From a virus: DNA of 64,000 bases. The position numbers and the translations under genes are program-made. Where the stretch lies: positions 32,001 through 96,000 of IMG/VR virus record IMGVR_UViG_3300046355_000213, one strand, 5' to 3'. Shown here one piece after another: positions 1 to 8,336 of this stretch (positions within the stretch are counted from its first letter, which is position 1; the number at the start of each line of letters is the position of its first letter). The notes under the pieces are model-generated. The model ran no database searches and had not been told where the DNA came from. It saw nothing but the letters and a program-made list of their open reading frames with translations.

Positions 1-96
1 CGTAAGACACAAGGTGAAATCCAGGCTTACCTGCGGGCAGTAAACTACTGGCCTGCATTAAATGAAGACAAGACAGTTAAGGACGCGGAGCTATAA
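1..96 (+). CDS. 3' end of a truncated hypothetical protein
   Basis: Frame 1 is open from the window edge (RKTQGEIQAYLRAVNYWPALNEDKTVKDAEL) to TAA at 94-96, 21 nt before the next ORF. Confidence 0.45.
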   Translation, partial: RKTQGEIQAYLRAVNYWPALNEDKTVKDAEL

Positions 97-117
97 GCTC
101 CCACTAAAAGCAAAATA

Positions 118-1170
118 ATGATGGACTTATTATCAACCAGAACTCATGAGGATGCCTTAGATGCATTCTACTCCAAGCCGTTCCAGTTTAGCTACAGCAG
201 TTTAAACAAACTATTGTGGAACCCTGCGGCATTTTACCAAATGTATGTACTCGGCTTAAGAGAAGAGATGACAGAATCCTATATTGTTCAGGGTAAGGTC
301 ATCCATACTTTACTTTTAGAGCCGGAGAAGTTTGATGACCAGTACATAGTGTCCCCTTCTAAGTTGCCTTCAGACAATGTAAAAGTTATCATTGACCGGG
401 TGTTCTCTCATCACACAGAGCTGGCTGCTCAAGGTGATAAGCGTGATATGCTGGGACAGTTTGCCCCTGCTATCATAGACATCATGGCCGACATGAACTT
501 CTACCAGAATTTGACAGATGATAAGAAGACCGGTGTTACTGGTGATCAGAAGCGGTTGGAGAAAGTGATCACTGAGGAGTCTATCCTGTACTGGTCCTTT
601 TTAAGAAGCCGCACTGGCAAGACCCTGGTAGCTTATGACCAGGTAGAGTACTGCAGAAATGCCGTAGAGATTATCAAAACCAACCAGGAGGTGTGTGACC
701 TGCTTGGCTACGGCACGACAAGCTTTGACTTAAAAGATATCCACAACGAACAGTATATGGAAATCAAGCGATTACCTAACAGACCTTTTGGTCTAAAGGG
801 TATCCTTGACAATCTGGTAGTTGACCATGAGGCAAAAATCATTTATATTAATGATGTAAAGACTACCTCCAAAGACCTGGTCAACTTCCCGGATAGCATA
901 GACACGTTCAACTACTGGTTACAGGCTGCCATTTATTATACCATGGTGTGCACAGAGTACAAAGGACTGTTGACTGACGGCTACACGGTAGAGTTCAGGT
1001 TTATTGCCATTGACCGGATGTTCCAAACCTATGCCTTCCCTGTCAGTATTGACACTATGACCAAGTGGGTAGAAAAATTATTCCAAGAATTAGACAAGGC
1101 TCACTGGCATTATGAAAACAGAGCTTATGGCTTGCCGTATGCCCTGGACAATAAGCTGGTAGTCTTATAG
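118..1170 (+). CDS. PD-(D/E)XK (RecB/Cas4-like, exonuclease VIII-type) nuclease
   Basis: 350 aa. N-terminal FSYSSL and GKVIHTLLLEP, then E...LKGILDNL...INDVKTT...YWLQAAIY, the motif order of phage PD-(D/E)XK exonucleases. Confidence 0.8.
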   Translation: MMDLLSTRTHEDALDAFYSKPFQFSYSSLNKLLWNPAAFYQMYVLGLREEMTESYIVQGKVIHTLLLEPEKFDDQYIVSPSKLPSDNVKVIIDRVFSHHTELAAQGDKRDMLGQFAPAIIDIMADMNFYQNLTDDKKTGVTGDQKRLEKVITEESILYWSFLRSRTGKTLVAYDQVEYCRNAVEIIKTNQEVCDLLGYGTTSFDLKDIHNEQYMEIKRLPNRPFGLKGILDNLVVDHEAKIIYINDVKTTSKDLVNFPDSIDTFNYWLQAAIYYTMVCTEYKGLLTDGYTVEFRFIAIDRMFQTYAFPVSIDTMTKWVEKLFQELDKAHWHYENRAYGLPYALDNKLVVL

Positions 1171-1181
1171 ACACACAGCAG

Positions 1182-1745
1182 ATGATAACAGCAATATATG
1201 CTAAATACTTTCAGAAGTCCAAGACTTTTCTATACCCTTTCCTAAGTATCCCTAAGAATGCTCCATACGCTCCTGCCGGGGTGTATGTGAGCTGGGAAGG
1301 TGTGTTCACTGCCCAGGACAAAAAGCTCATAGTCGTATTCAAGCACCCGGATGACCTGGAGTTCCAGGACTTCCTCATCACTTACCTGTACAACAATCCC
1401 CTGTTTTTAGAGGAAAGGTCTACAAGTAATGAAGAGCGTGTGTTTGTATTTAACCTGGCGGCTTATGGCCCGGACCATGAACATTTCCTACAGGGAAGGT
1501 ACTCACAATTCAGTAACAAGAGTAAGAAGATCATACGCAACTACTTTGGTGAAACCTCCCAAGAATACAGGTTTATAGACACTTATCTGTACCCTGACCG
1601 GTACTTTGAGCTGTATGCAAAGCTGTTGAATGTGGATATGGTTTTACTGGAAGTGGTGGGCGAGCTATGTGATAAGTACAATCCTGTAGAAGAAGAGTTA
1701 AAAATTATTGTAGAAGATTTGGAGGTCTCCAAAAAAGCTCTTTAA
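1182..1745 (+). CDS. hypothetical phage protein
   Basis: 187-aa ORF tightly packed in the + strand operon; aromatic-rich; no motif recognised. Confidence 0.7.
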   Translation: MITAIYAKYFQKSKTFLYPFLSIPKNAPYAPAGVYVSWEGVFTAQDKKLIVVFKHPDDLEFQDFLITYLYNNPLFLEERSTSNEERVFVFNLAAYGPDHEHFLQGRYSQFSNKSKKIIRNYFGETSQEYRFIDTYLYPDRYFELYAKLLNVDMVLLEVVGELCDKYNPVEEELKIIVEDLEVSKKAL

Positions 1746-1750
1746 TTTGT
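1718..1750 (+). promoter_or_regulatory. putative Bacteroidota-type promoter (-33 TTTG / -7 TAnnTTTG-like)
   Basis: TTTG (1718-1721), 20 nt, then TTAATTTG (one mismatch to TAnnTTTG). A near-copy lies at 7903-7934. Confidence 0.4.
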
Positions 1751-1779
1751 AGAAGTTTCACTAAACCAAAACCGTCCCT

Positions 1780-2178
1780 ATGACAAAGTCCATGTTGTTG
1801 ATTACCTCCAAGTGGGGAGACAATCAAACATTCAAAATGATACCGGTTACACCAGAAGCACCTTTCAATGAGGTGATCTTTGACCCGGAGCAGAAAGTAT
1901 TAGCCATTGTAGGCAAAGAGAAGAAGCAGACTTTCCACATGCTGCCAAAGTTAGATGACACTGGCCGCTTGATGCCTTTAAAAAACAAGCGTGTTGACGG
2001 TAAGGACTATGCAGAAGAGAGAAGATTGGTTGAGACCTATTATGAGTACTTCATTGAAGACCAGCAAGAGATCACAGACTTCATCAAACACTTCGCACTA
2101 AACGCCGGTTCATTTGACTTTGGTCAGTATGTAACTGAAGCATTTACTGCCCCTATCGAAAGCCCAGTAACAATGTAA
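1780..2178 (+). CDS. hypothetical phage protein
   Basis: 132-aa ORF with an A/C-rich leader, followed by a terminator hairpin. Confidence 0.7.
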   Translation: MTKSMLLITSKWGDNQTFKMIPVTPEAPFNEVIFDPEQKVLAIVGKEKKQTFHMLPKLDDTGRLMPLKNKRVDGKDYAEERRLVETYYEYFIEDQQEITDFIKHFALNAGSFDFGQYVTEAFTAPIESPVTM

Positions 2179-2195
2179 TTAAGCATTGTACAATT

Positions 2196-2225
2196 AAAGG
2201 GGAGTTTAATAGCTCCCTTTTTTTT
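2196..2225 (+). terminator. intrinsic terminator
   Basis: AAAGGGGAGT-TTAATA-GCTCCC followed by T8. Confidence 0.7.
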
Positions 2226-2268
2226 GTACTCATACTACGACAATCAAGACAATTTTAAACCAAAGGAC

Positions 2269-4242
2269 ATGTTCAAGGTATACACAACCAACACTGATCT
2301 TGCTCCCAGCAAGTTGTATACTTCCTGCTCAAAAGATGAACTCCTAAACTTCCTGCAGACTGCAGACACCTTGTGCATTGACACAGAGACTACCGGCTTT
2401 GATCCCCACCAGGAAAAAATGCTGTGTATCCAGCTGGGCAATAAGAACGAGCAGTATGTTATAGACACCAGAGGTCTGAACGTACTCTTTCTAAAGCCTT
2501 ACCTGGAAAATGCGCTGTTGATAGGCCAGAACCTAAAGTTTGACCTGAAGTTTTTGTATAAGCAAGGCATACACCCACGTAAGATCTATGACACTTTCGT
2601 AGCAGAAAAGGTCCTTAACTGTGGAGATAACCTTGTACGGGCAGGTTTAGATGCACTAGCGGAAAGATACTGTGGTGTTACCCTGGATAAGACAATAAGA
2701 ACCAACATTAAAAAGGAGGGACTGTCTGAGCGGGTGCTTCAGTATGCCGCAGATGACATCAAATACTTAGAAGACATCCGGGAAAAACAATTATTATCTC
2801 TCAGAGACAAGGACTTAATTGGTGCCCTCAATATTGAGAACAAGTTTACCCCTGCTCTGGCTTACATAGAGTACTGTGGGTTTAAACTGGACCGCAACAA
2901 ATGGCGGCTCAAAATGGAAAAGGACCAACAAAGACTGGAAGACTGCCTGGCTAAGCTCAATGATTGGGTCATGAGTAATGAACTTACTGATTTCATAGAC
3001 GCTCAGCTAGATATGTTTCAGGCGGTGGGATGCAGTGTCAACTGGTCCAGCTCCATGCAAGTGATTAACCTCTTTGAGTCATTGGGTATTGACTGCACAG
3101 TGGTAGAAAAAGGGGTGACTAAGAAGTCTGTGGAGGCATCTGTGATAGGTAAACACAGCCATGAACTGGTAAAGCTTTACCTGGCCTATAAGAAGGCTGA
3201 GAAAGTAACCAGCACCTATGGCAAGAACTTCCTGGCACAGATCAACCCTGCAACTCAAAGGCTGCACACCAACTTCAGACAGATCCTGGACACAGGTAGA
3301 ATATCCTCCGGAGGTAAAGACAAAAATACCGGGGAGGCTTATATCAATTTCCAGAACATTCCCTCTGATGCAGAGACCCGCAGCTGCTTTGTAGCAGAAC
3401 CAGGCAACACCCTTATTATCTCTGACTACTCTGGTCAGGAACAAATTGTACTGGCTAACAGAGCCCAAGATGATAATCTATTAGCTTTTTATGACAATGG
3501 CCTGGCAGATATGCACAGCTTTGTAGCTTCCAAGATGTACCCTGAACTAGAGGGACTCACTTTGGATGAAGTCAAAGACAAGCATAAGTCTAAAAGACAG
3601 GCAGCTAAGTCTGCGGGTTTTGCCATTAACTACGGCGGTCAAGGTATCACCATTGCAGACAACCTGGGTATTACCCTGGAAGAAGGCAACAAGATCTATG
3701 ACGCGTACTTCCAGGCATTTCCTGGACTGAGAAGATACTTTGACACAGTTAAGCAAAGTGGCCTTGAGTCAGGTTATATCCTTATCAATGATGTGACCCG
3801 CAGAAAGAGCTTTCTTCCATTTTTTCCTGAGTACAAAAGACTCGAGCAGGAGATGGACAGGAACTTCTGGACACGCTACAGGGAAGCTAAGACTAAACAG
3901 AGTTATGATTATCCTGAACTAAAGGATAAGGTATCCAAGTACTTCATGTACAAAGGAGACATAGAGCGCAAATCCCTGAACTTCCCCATCCAAGGCACCT
4001 CAGCTGAGATCACCAAGATCAGCTGCGTGTACATCTTTAACTACATCATTGAGCATAACCTCTTTGGCGCAGTGAAGTTTGTCAACACCGTGCATGATGA
4101 GAACGTACTGGAGTGTCCGCTCGAAATGAAAGACGAGATAGCAAAGATGGTTGAAGACGCCATGTGCAAAGCAGGTGAGATCTTCTGTAAAAGGGTCCCA
4201 CTAAAAGCGGAGCCTGAGCTATCAACTTATTGGAAAAAGTAA
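2269..4242 (+). CDS. polA: family A DNA polymerase (3'-5' exonuclease + polymerase, no 5'-3' exonuclease domain)
   Basis: Exo motifs IDTETTG, GQNLKFD and YAADD; polymerase motif A DYSGQE, motif B RQAAKSAGFAINYG (Phe at the E. coli 762-equivalent), motif C VHDE. ATG 2269 is preferred over TTG 2224, which lies inside the terminator. Confidence 0.95.
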   Translation: MFKVYTTNTDLAPSKLYTSCSKDELLNFLQTADTLCIDTETTGFDPHQEKMLCIQLGNKNEQYVIDTRGLNVLFLKPYLENALLIGQNLKFDLKFLYKQGIHPRKIYDTFVAEKVLNCGDNLVRAGLDALAERYCGVTLDKTIRTNIKKEGLSERVLQYAADDIKYLEDIREKQLLSLRDKDLIGALNIENKFTPALAYIEYCGFKLDRNKWRLKMEKDQQRLEDCLAKLNDWVMSNELTDFIDAQLDMFQAVGCSVNWSSSMQVINLFESLGIDCTVVEKGVTKKSVEASVIGKHSHELVKLYLAYKKAEKVTSTYGKNFLAQINPATQRLHTNFRQILDTGRISSGGKDKNTGEAYINFQNIPSDAETRSCFVAEPGNTLIISDYSGQEQIVLANRAQDDNLLAFYDNGLADMHSFVASKMYPELEGLTLDEVKDKHKSKRQAAKSAGFAINYGGQGITIADNLGITLEEGNKIYDAYFQAFPGLRRYFDTVKQSGLESGYILINDVTRRKSFLPFFPEYKRLEQEMDRNFWTRYREAKTKQSYDYPELKDKVSKYFMYKGDIERKSLNFPIQGTSAEITKISCVYIFNYIIEHNLFGAVKFVNTVHDENVLECPLEMKDEIAKMVEDAMCKAGEIFCKRVPLKAEPELSTYWKK

Positions 4243-4255
4243 AAACCAAATACAC

Positions 4256-5059
4256 ATGCCAGCAAAAACAAGATATGCGAGCAAAGGAGAGGTAGCCAGT
4301 GCAAGGCTACCACAATATGACAAGACTTATACGGTAATCCCTCACAGCTCTGTAATAGACCAAACCTATGCAGAGTTACAAAAGAGTGGGTTCCGTATCA
4401 AGAATGAAAAGTACAAGGAAGCAAGAGGCTGTAATATCGTACAAGGCATCTATCACCTGGAACATGGTGATGATCCGGATATGGGCCTCATGTTTGCCTG
4501 GACAAACTCTTATGATAAGTCCATGCGTTTTAAGTGTGCCGTAGGTGCACACGTATACGTATGTGACAATGGTGTGATGTCGGGTGACATGTCCACTTGG
4601 GCACGTAAACACACCGGTACAGCGGATCAGGAAATGAATGAGACGGTGTCTCACCAGATCCGCAATGCTACCTCATACTACAGTAAACTCATTCAACAGA
4701 AGAATGAGATTAAGAACATTGGACTGACAAAGTCTGAGCAGGGAGAAATCATTGGCAAGCTCTTTATTGAGCATGAGGTGCTTACCCTGACGCAGCTTGG
4801 CATCGTACAAAGAGAGTTGGGTAAACCTTCTCATAACTACGGTGTAGGTCAGGACAGTGCATGGGCCCTGTATAACCACGTGACCATTGCACTGAAAGAG
4901 TCTCACCCGTTGAGCTTTATATCAGACCACGAGACTGTACACAAAGTATTTGTTGATACACTGTTGCATACCCTGGTAAAACCGGCTGTATTGCAACAGG
5001 TCTATGAGCATATAGAAGAACCTGTGTACAGTGCGGATCCATCTGTTGTTTATTTATAA
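4256..5059 (+). CDS. DUF932/DUF945-like phage protein
   Basis: YTVIPH...NSYDKSMRF...G..VYVCDNG...RKHTG...AWALYNHVT matches the DUF932 pattern. Confidence 0.7.
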   Translation: MPAKTRYASKGEVASARLPQYDKTYTVIPHSSVIDQTYAELQKSGFRIKNEKYKEARGCNIVQGIYHLEHGDDPDMGLMFAWTNSYDKSMRFKCAVGAHVYVCDNGVMSGDMSTWARKHTGTADQEMNETVSHQIRNATSYYSKLIQQKNEIKNIGLTKSEQGEIIGKLFIEHEVLTLTQLGIVQRELGKPSHNYGVGQDSAWALYNHVTIALKESHPLSFISDHETVHKVFVDTLLHTLVKPAVLQQVYEHIEEPVYSADPSVVYL

Positions 5060-5062
5060 ACT

Positions 5063-5488
5063 ATGACACAATACGTATCCTTTGATTTTGATGGTACGCT
5101 AGCTTTGCCCCATGTCCAGGAGTTTGCAAAAGAGCTCCTGGACCAAGGCATTCAAGTGCGCGTGACCACCACCCGCTATGATGAAATGCACTGCCACAAG
5201 TATGGCTACCGCTGGCCCCCAGTGTTAGATGACTTGTGGGAAGTTGTAGACCGGTTGGGTATCCCCAAACACCATGTACACTTTACCAATATGCAATGGA
5301 AGAGTAAGTACTTGCTAGGGACCAACTTCATATTCCACCTTGATGATAATGAGGAGGAGTTTCACCATGCCCGTTATGACTCTGTCAAGGTACCCATGAT
5401 ACAGGTCAATGGTGGAGGCTGGAAAGCCAAATGTTTAAAGCTAATCTATAATCACGTTAACAATATCCCCAATGAAAGTACTATTTAA
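5063..5488 (+). CDS. HAD-superfamily hydrolase (capless)
   Basis: Motif I DFDGTL, motif II VTTTR, Lys in QWKS, motif IV FHLDDN. Confidence 0.75.
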   Translation: MTQYVSFDFDGTLALPHVQEFAKELLDQGIQVRVTTTRYDEMHCHKYGYRWPPVLDDLWEVVDRLGIPKHHVHFTNMQWKSKYLLGTNFIFHLDDNEEEFHHARYDSVKVPMIQVNGGGWKAKCLKLIYNHVNNIPNESTI

Positions 5489-5903
5489 AAAACTAGTAAG
5501 TGAGGCTGTGATGCCTAAGTTTAGCAAACCAGGTGATGCCGGAGCAGATCTTGTAGCTACATCAGTTGACGCATCTAGTAGAGAAGGCCAAATAGTATAT
5601 GGTACAGGATTAGCTGTAGAGATACCAGAGGGGATGGTAGGTCTTGTGTTTCCTCGTTCTTCTATTCGTAACTATGATTTAGTCATGAGCAACTCTGTTG
5701 GTGTAATTGACAGTGGATATCGTGGAGAAATTATGGCTACATTTAACTTAAAGAATCCATGGTCGCCTGATGATGTTTACAAAGTGGGTGATCGTATTGC
5801 TCAGTTGATTATCATGCCTGTACCATTGATACAGTATAAGGAAGTGGATGAGTTATCAGAAACTCAAAGAGGTACAGGCGGGCACGGATCCTCAGGAGTT
5901 TAA
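5472..5903 (+). CDS. dut: trimeric dUTPase
   Basis: All five motifs present: AGADL, PRSS, GVIDSGYRGE, RIAQL, RGTGGHGSSG. Confidence 0.97.
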   Translation: MKVLFKKLVSEAVMPKFSKPGDAGADLVATSVDASSREGQIVYGTGLAVEIPEGMVGLVFPRSSIRNYDLVMSNSVGVIDSGYRGEIMATFNLKNPWSPDDVYKVGDRIAQLIIMPVPLIQYKEVDELSETQRGTGGHGSSGV

Positions 5904-5904
5904 A

Positions 5905-6059
5905 GACCCTAAATGTGGTTGTGAACAATTAGAACCTACCTGGCTTTAAACACATCAGGAGAGACGTTTTACCAGGCGCTTAAGATTCATTTGCCAAACA
6001 GCCTACACTGATGGGTGATCTTGAATGTATAATGTCTTAAGTATGCTTAAACGAGGGTT
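5905..6059 (+). ncRNA. candidate structured non-coding RNA
   Basis: Lies in a 261-nt intergenic gap. GACCCT/AGGGTT closes three hairpins, with a possible CATCAG/CTGATG loop-loop pairing; a strong hairpin follows. Confidence 0.35.
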
Positions 6060-6103
6060 CACAGGAAAGTCATTTCCTCTTATGGTAAATCAAGTGTTTT
6101 GCA

Positions 6104-6148
6104 GAGGGGAGAAGTTACGGTATCTCACTACCGTAACTTTTTTCTCTC
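6104..6148 (+). terminator. strong hairpin / intrinsic terminator
   Basis: Perfect 11-bp stem AAGTTACGGTA-TCTCAC-TACCGTAACTT running into a T tract, extendable by G-U pairs. Confidence 0.7.
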
Positions 6149-6164
6149 ATTAATTTAATAATCC

Positions 6165-6587
6165 ATGAATCCAGTAATAAACAATATTGATAACCCAGAG
6201 CCTCAGTTTATGCTTCATAATGAACTGATATACTGGTTGGAAAAAAACATGCAAGTCAACTTTAACCTCACCAGAGAAACACCTCCATATATTGTCTTAA
6301 AAGATGGAAGTGGTATAGACTCAGGTGCTGAGATGCTCACCGTATCTGCCTCTATCACAATCAATCAACAAGACGTAAACAATGGAGCTTGGCCTAAAAC
6401 CATCTGTTCATCTTCCCATAAGTTCCTGGCAGTTAAAAATGATAGGGTAATGTATGGAGGATCAACTGATAGAGAGGTGAAAATCTACAGTGACCTAAAT
6501 AGAATGGCTCAGTTGATAAACAAACAACAAGAAGAAATCCAACAATTAAGAGGCTTGATTCAAAGCAAGCAATATCCTATAACATGA
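6165..6587 (+). CDS. hypothetical protein with C-terminal coiled coil
   Basis: 140 aa; ATGA overlap with the next gene; heptad-like LNRMAQLINKQQEEIQQLRGL. Confidence 0.7.
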   Translation: MNPVINNIDNPEPQFMLHNELIYWLEKNMQVNFNLTRETPPYIVLKDGSGIDSGAEMLTVSASITINQQDVNNGAWPKTICSSSHKFLAVKNDRVMYGGSTDREVKIYSDLNRMAQLINKQQEEIQQLRGLIQSKQYPIT

Positions 6588-7057
6588 ATAACTCAGAAGA
6601 AACCCAATTACGTAAAGCACTCTACCTTGATGACGTGCGGACTCCTACTGATACCCTACCTGGTTATGAACCGTGGGTAGTAGTGCGTACGCATGAGCAG
6701 TTCACCGCATACATCAAAGAGCATGGCGTACCTGATTTTATCAGCTTTGACCATGACCTTGCACATGAACACATGCAAGACTACTATGACCAGGTGAAAA
6801 GCTACGGCTTCCAGACACCTTCTTACCACAACTTTAAAGAGCAGACAGGTCTTAGCTCTGCCATGTGGTTAATTGAACACTGTATAGAAAATGAAGTAGC
6901 CCCCAAACAGTGTGCTGTACACAGCCACAACCCGGTAGGTGCAAAGAACATACAGGAATGTATTAATAATTACAAAAAACACTTGGGCCTCCCACAGGAT
7001 TGTTACCTGGGTAGAGTGCCCTTTAAAATTGAGGAAATTAAACTTGAGAAAAAATGA
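6584..7057 (+). CDS. cyclic-phosphate processing receiver-domain-like protein
   Basis: LYLDDVR, DFISFDHDL and VHSHNPVG match this divergent REC family; ATGA-coupled on both sides. Confidence 0.7.
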   Translation: MNNSEETQLRKALYLDDVRTPTDTLPGYEPWVVVRTHEQFTAYIKEHGVPDFISFDHDLAHEHMQDYYDQVKSYGFQTPSYHNFKEQTGLSSAMWLIEHCIENEVAPKQCAVHSHNPVGAKNIQECINNYKKHLGLPQDCYLGRVPFKIEEIKLEKK

Positions 7058-7863
7058 TAATTGCTATTTCAGGTTACGCAGGATCCGGAAAAGACTTAGT
7101 AGGTCAAATGATCCAGTATCATACCAGTGAGTGCAGCAAGCCTAAGATGAGTAACTCCCGCTACAGGACCTTTGATGAGTTTGTTAAAGCAGGCGGAGGC
7201 TCAGACCTTAGAGACTTTGACCACCACTACTATACAGAATGGGAGATTAAGAAGTTTGCCGGTAAGCTCAAAGAGATTGCCAGTATACTCTTAGGTGTCC
7301 CTAAACACAAATTTGAAGACCAGGAGTTTAAGAAGCAGTTCTTAGGCTCACAGTGGGAAACTTATGGCATCGTCCGCGATGGTGGTACCAGACAGATTGC
7401 TGTCAAGACTACGCCTCACGATCCTAACGGCATGTGGTTACAGCAAAGCGGTAACACAGAGATGCATAACCGCATGACGGGTAGAGAGTTTCTGCAGAAG
7501 CTGGGTACAGACGCACTTAGAGATAAGCTGCATCCTAACGTATGGATCAACGCGCTCTTTGCTGACTACACTACAGATATGAGTGGTTACAGTGATCGTA
7601 TGAGTGGAGCAGATATTGAAGACCTCTACCCTAACTGGATCATCACTGACTGCCGGTTCTCCAATGAAGCTCTGGCAGTGAAAGACCATGGTGGAATTAT
7701 TGTGCGTATCAACCGTCCTGGCATTGATGCGGTCAACGCGCATCCATCAGAAACCGGTTTAGACACCTGGGCTTTTGATCATGTGATCACCAATGAAGGC
7801 AGCAAAGAAGAATTACTGGCTAAAGTAGCCACTATGCTGGATTCTGTGTTGGTTACCCATTAG
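7054..7863 (+). CDS. deoxynucleoside monophosphate kinase (T4 gp1-like)
   Basis: P-loop ISGYAGSGKD, FAGKLK, REFLQKLGTD, ITDCRFSNE, HPSETGL. Confidence 0.88.
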   Translation: MIIAISGYAGSGKDLVGQMIQYHTSECSKPKMSNSRYRTFDEFVKAGGGSDLRDFDHHYYTEWEIKKFAGKLKEIASILLGVPKHKFEDQEFKKQFLGSQWETYGIVRDGGTRQIAVKTTPHDPNGMWLQQSGNTEMHNRMTGREFLQKLGTDALRDKLHPNVWINALFADYTTDMSGYSDRMSGADIEDLYPNWIITDCRFSNEALAVKDHGGIIVRINRPGIDAVNAHPSETGLDTWAFDHVITNEGSKEELLAKVATMLDSVLVTH

Positions 7864-7902
7864 TAACCTGGTCACATCAGAAAACAATACTTGTAGACCT
7901 TA

Positions 7903-7934
7903 CTTGTAGAACTCCAAACAGCTCTCTAATTTAG
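7903..7934 (+). promoter_or_regulatory. putative promoter, related to 1718-1750
   Basis: CTTG...CTCCAAACAGCTCTCTAATTTAG versus TTTG...CTCCAAAAAAGCTCTTTAATTTG; immediately upstream of ATG 7939. Confidence 0.4.
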
Positions 7935-7938
7935 CCGT

Positions 7939-8079
7939 ATGAAAATAATACATACCCTAAAGAAGCTTAACTGGAGTTCTATAGTAGGTTGGATAGTCAT
8001 CCTCACCACTACTTTCTTTTTGTGGTGGGGCTTATTTAAAATGTTCAACGGGTTTTTTGTATGGCTGGCCAGACAATAA
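7939..8079 (+). CDS. small single-pass membrane protein (46 aa, absent from the ORF track)
   Basis: MKIIHTLKKLNWSSIVGWIVILTTTFFLWWGLFKMFNGFFVWLARQ*; basic N-terminus plus hydrophobic helix; fills the intergenic gap. Confidence 0.6.
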   Translation: MKIIHTLKKLNWSSIVGWIVILTTTFFLWWGLFKMFNGFFVWLARQ

Positions 8080-8097
8080 TCCACTACTTAAAACTAC

Positions 8098-8286
8098 ATG
8101 GAATTTGCCTTTATGATTGAGTTATTGCCTGAACACAGAAGTATGTTAGGCATCGAGTTTAAACACCAGCAGGTAAGAATAGAGCTGGAAGAACTACATG
8201 GAGAGCAGGAGCGTACAGCCTACACATTTACACTGGGGCTGGGCCTGGCTCATATACAGTTCACTGTATTCAGGAAGAACAGTTAG
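8098..8286 (+). CDS. small hypothetical protein
   Basis: 62 aa with an A-rich leader (TTAAAACTACATG); ends just before the terminator. Confidence 0.6.
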   Translation: MEFAFMIELLPEHRSMLGIEFKHQQVRIELEELHGEQERTAYTFTLGLGLAHIQFTVFRKNS

Positions 8287-8300
8287 TTTAAGGGGGTTAA

Positions 8301-8336
8301 AAGAAAAGGGAGGCTATTGGTGCCTCCCTTTTTCTT
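8301..8336. terminator. bidirectional intrinsic terminator between the convergent blocks
   Basis: AAGAAAAGGGAGGC-TATTGGT-GCCTCCCTTTTTCTT, with A and T tracts flanking the stem at the strand switch. Confidence 0.9.

Noticed and set aside
118-1170. Cas4 / CRISPR-Cas association
   Set aside because: There is no four-Cys Fe-S cluster pattern and no array or other cas gene; it is an ordinary phage PD-(D/E)XK nuclease.
2224-2268. Extended starts given by the ORF track (polA TTG 2224; also 34295 and 57237)
   Set aside because: They overlap a terminator or the upstream gene; the downstream ATGs (2269, 34268, 57183) fit better.
5904-6164. tRNA or tmRNA in the intergenic gap
   Set aside because: No convincing cloverleaf, T-loop (GTTCRA) arm or acceptor end; kept only as a generic ncRNA candidate.
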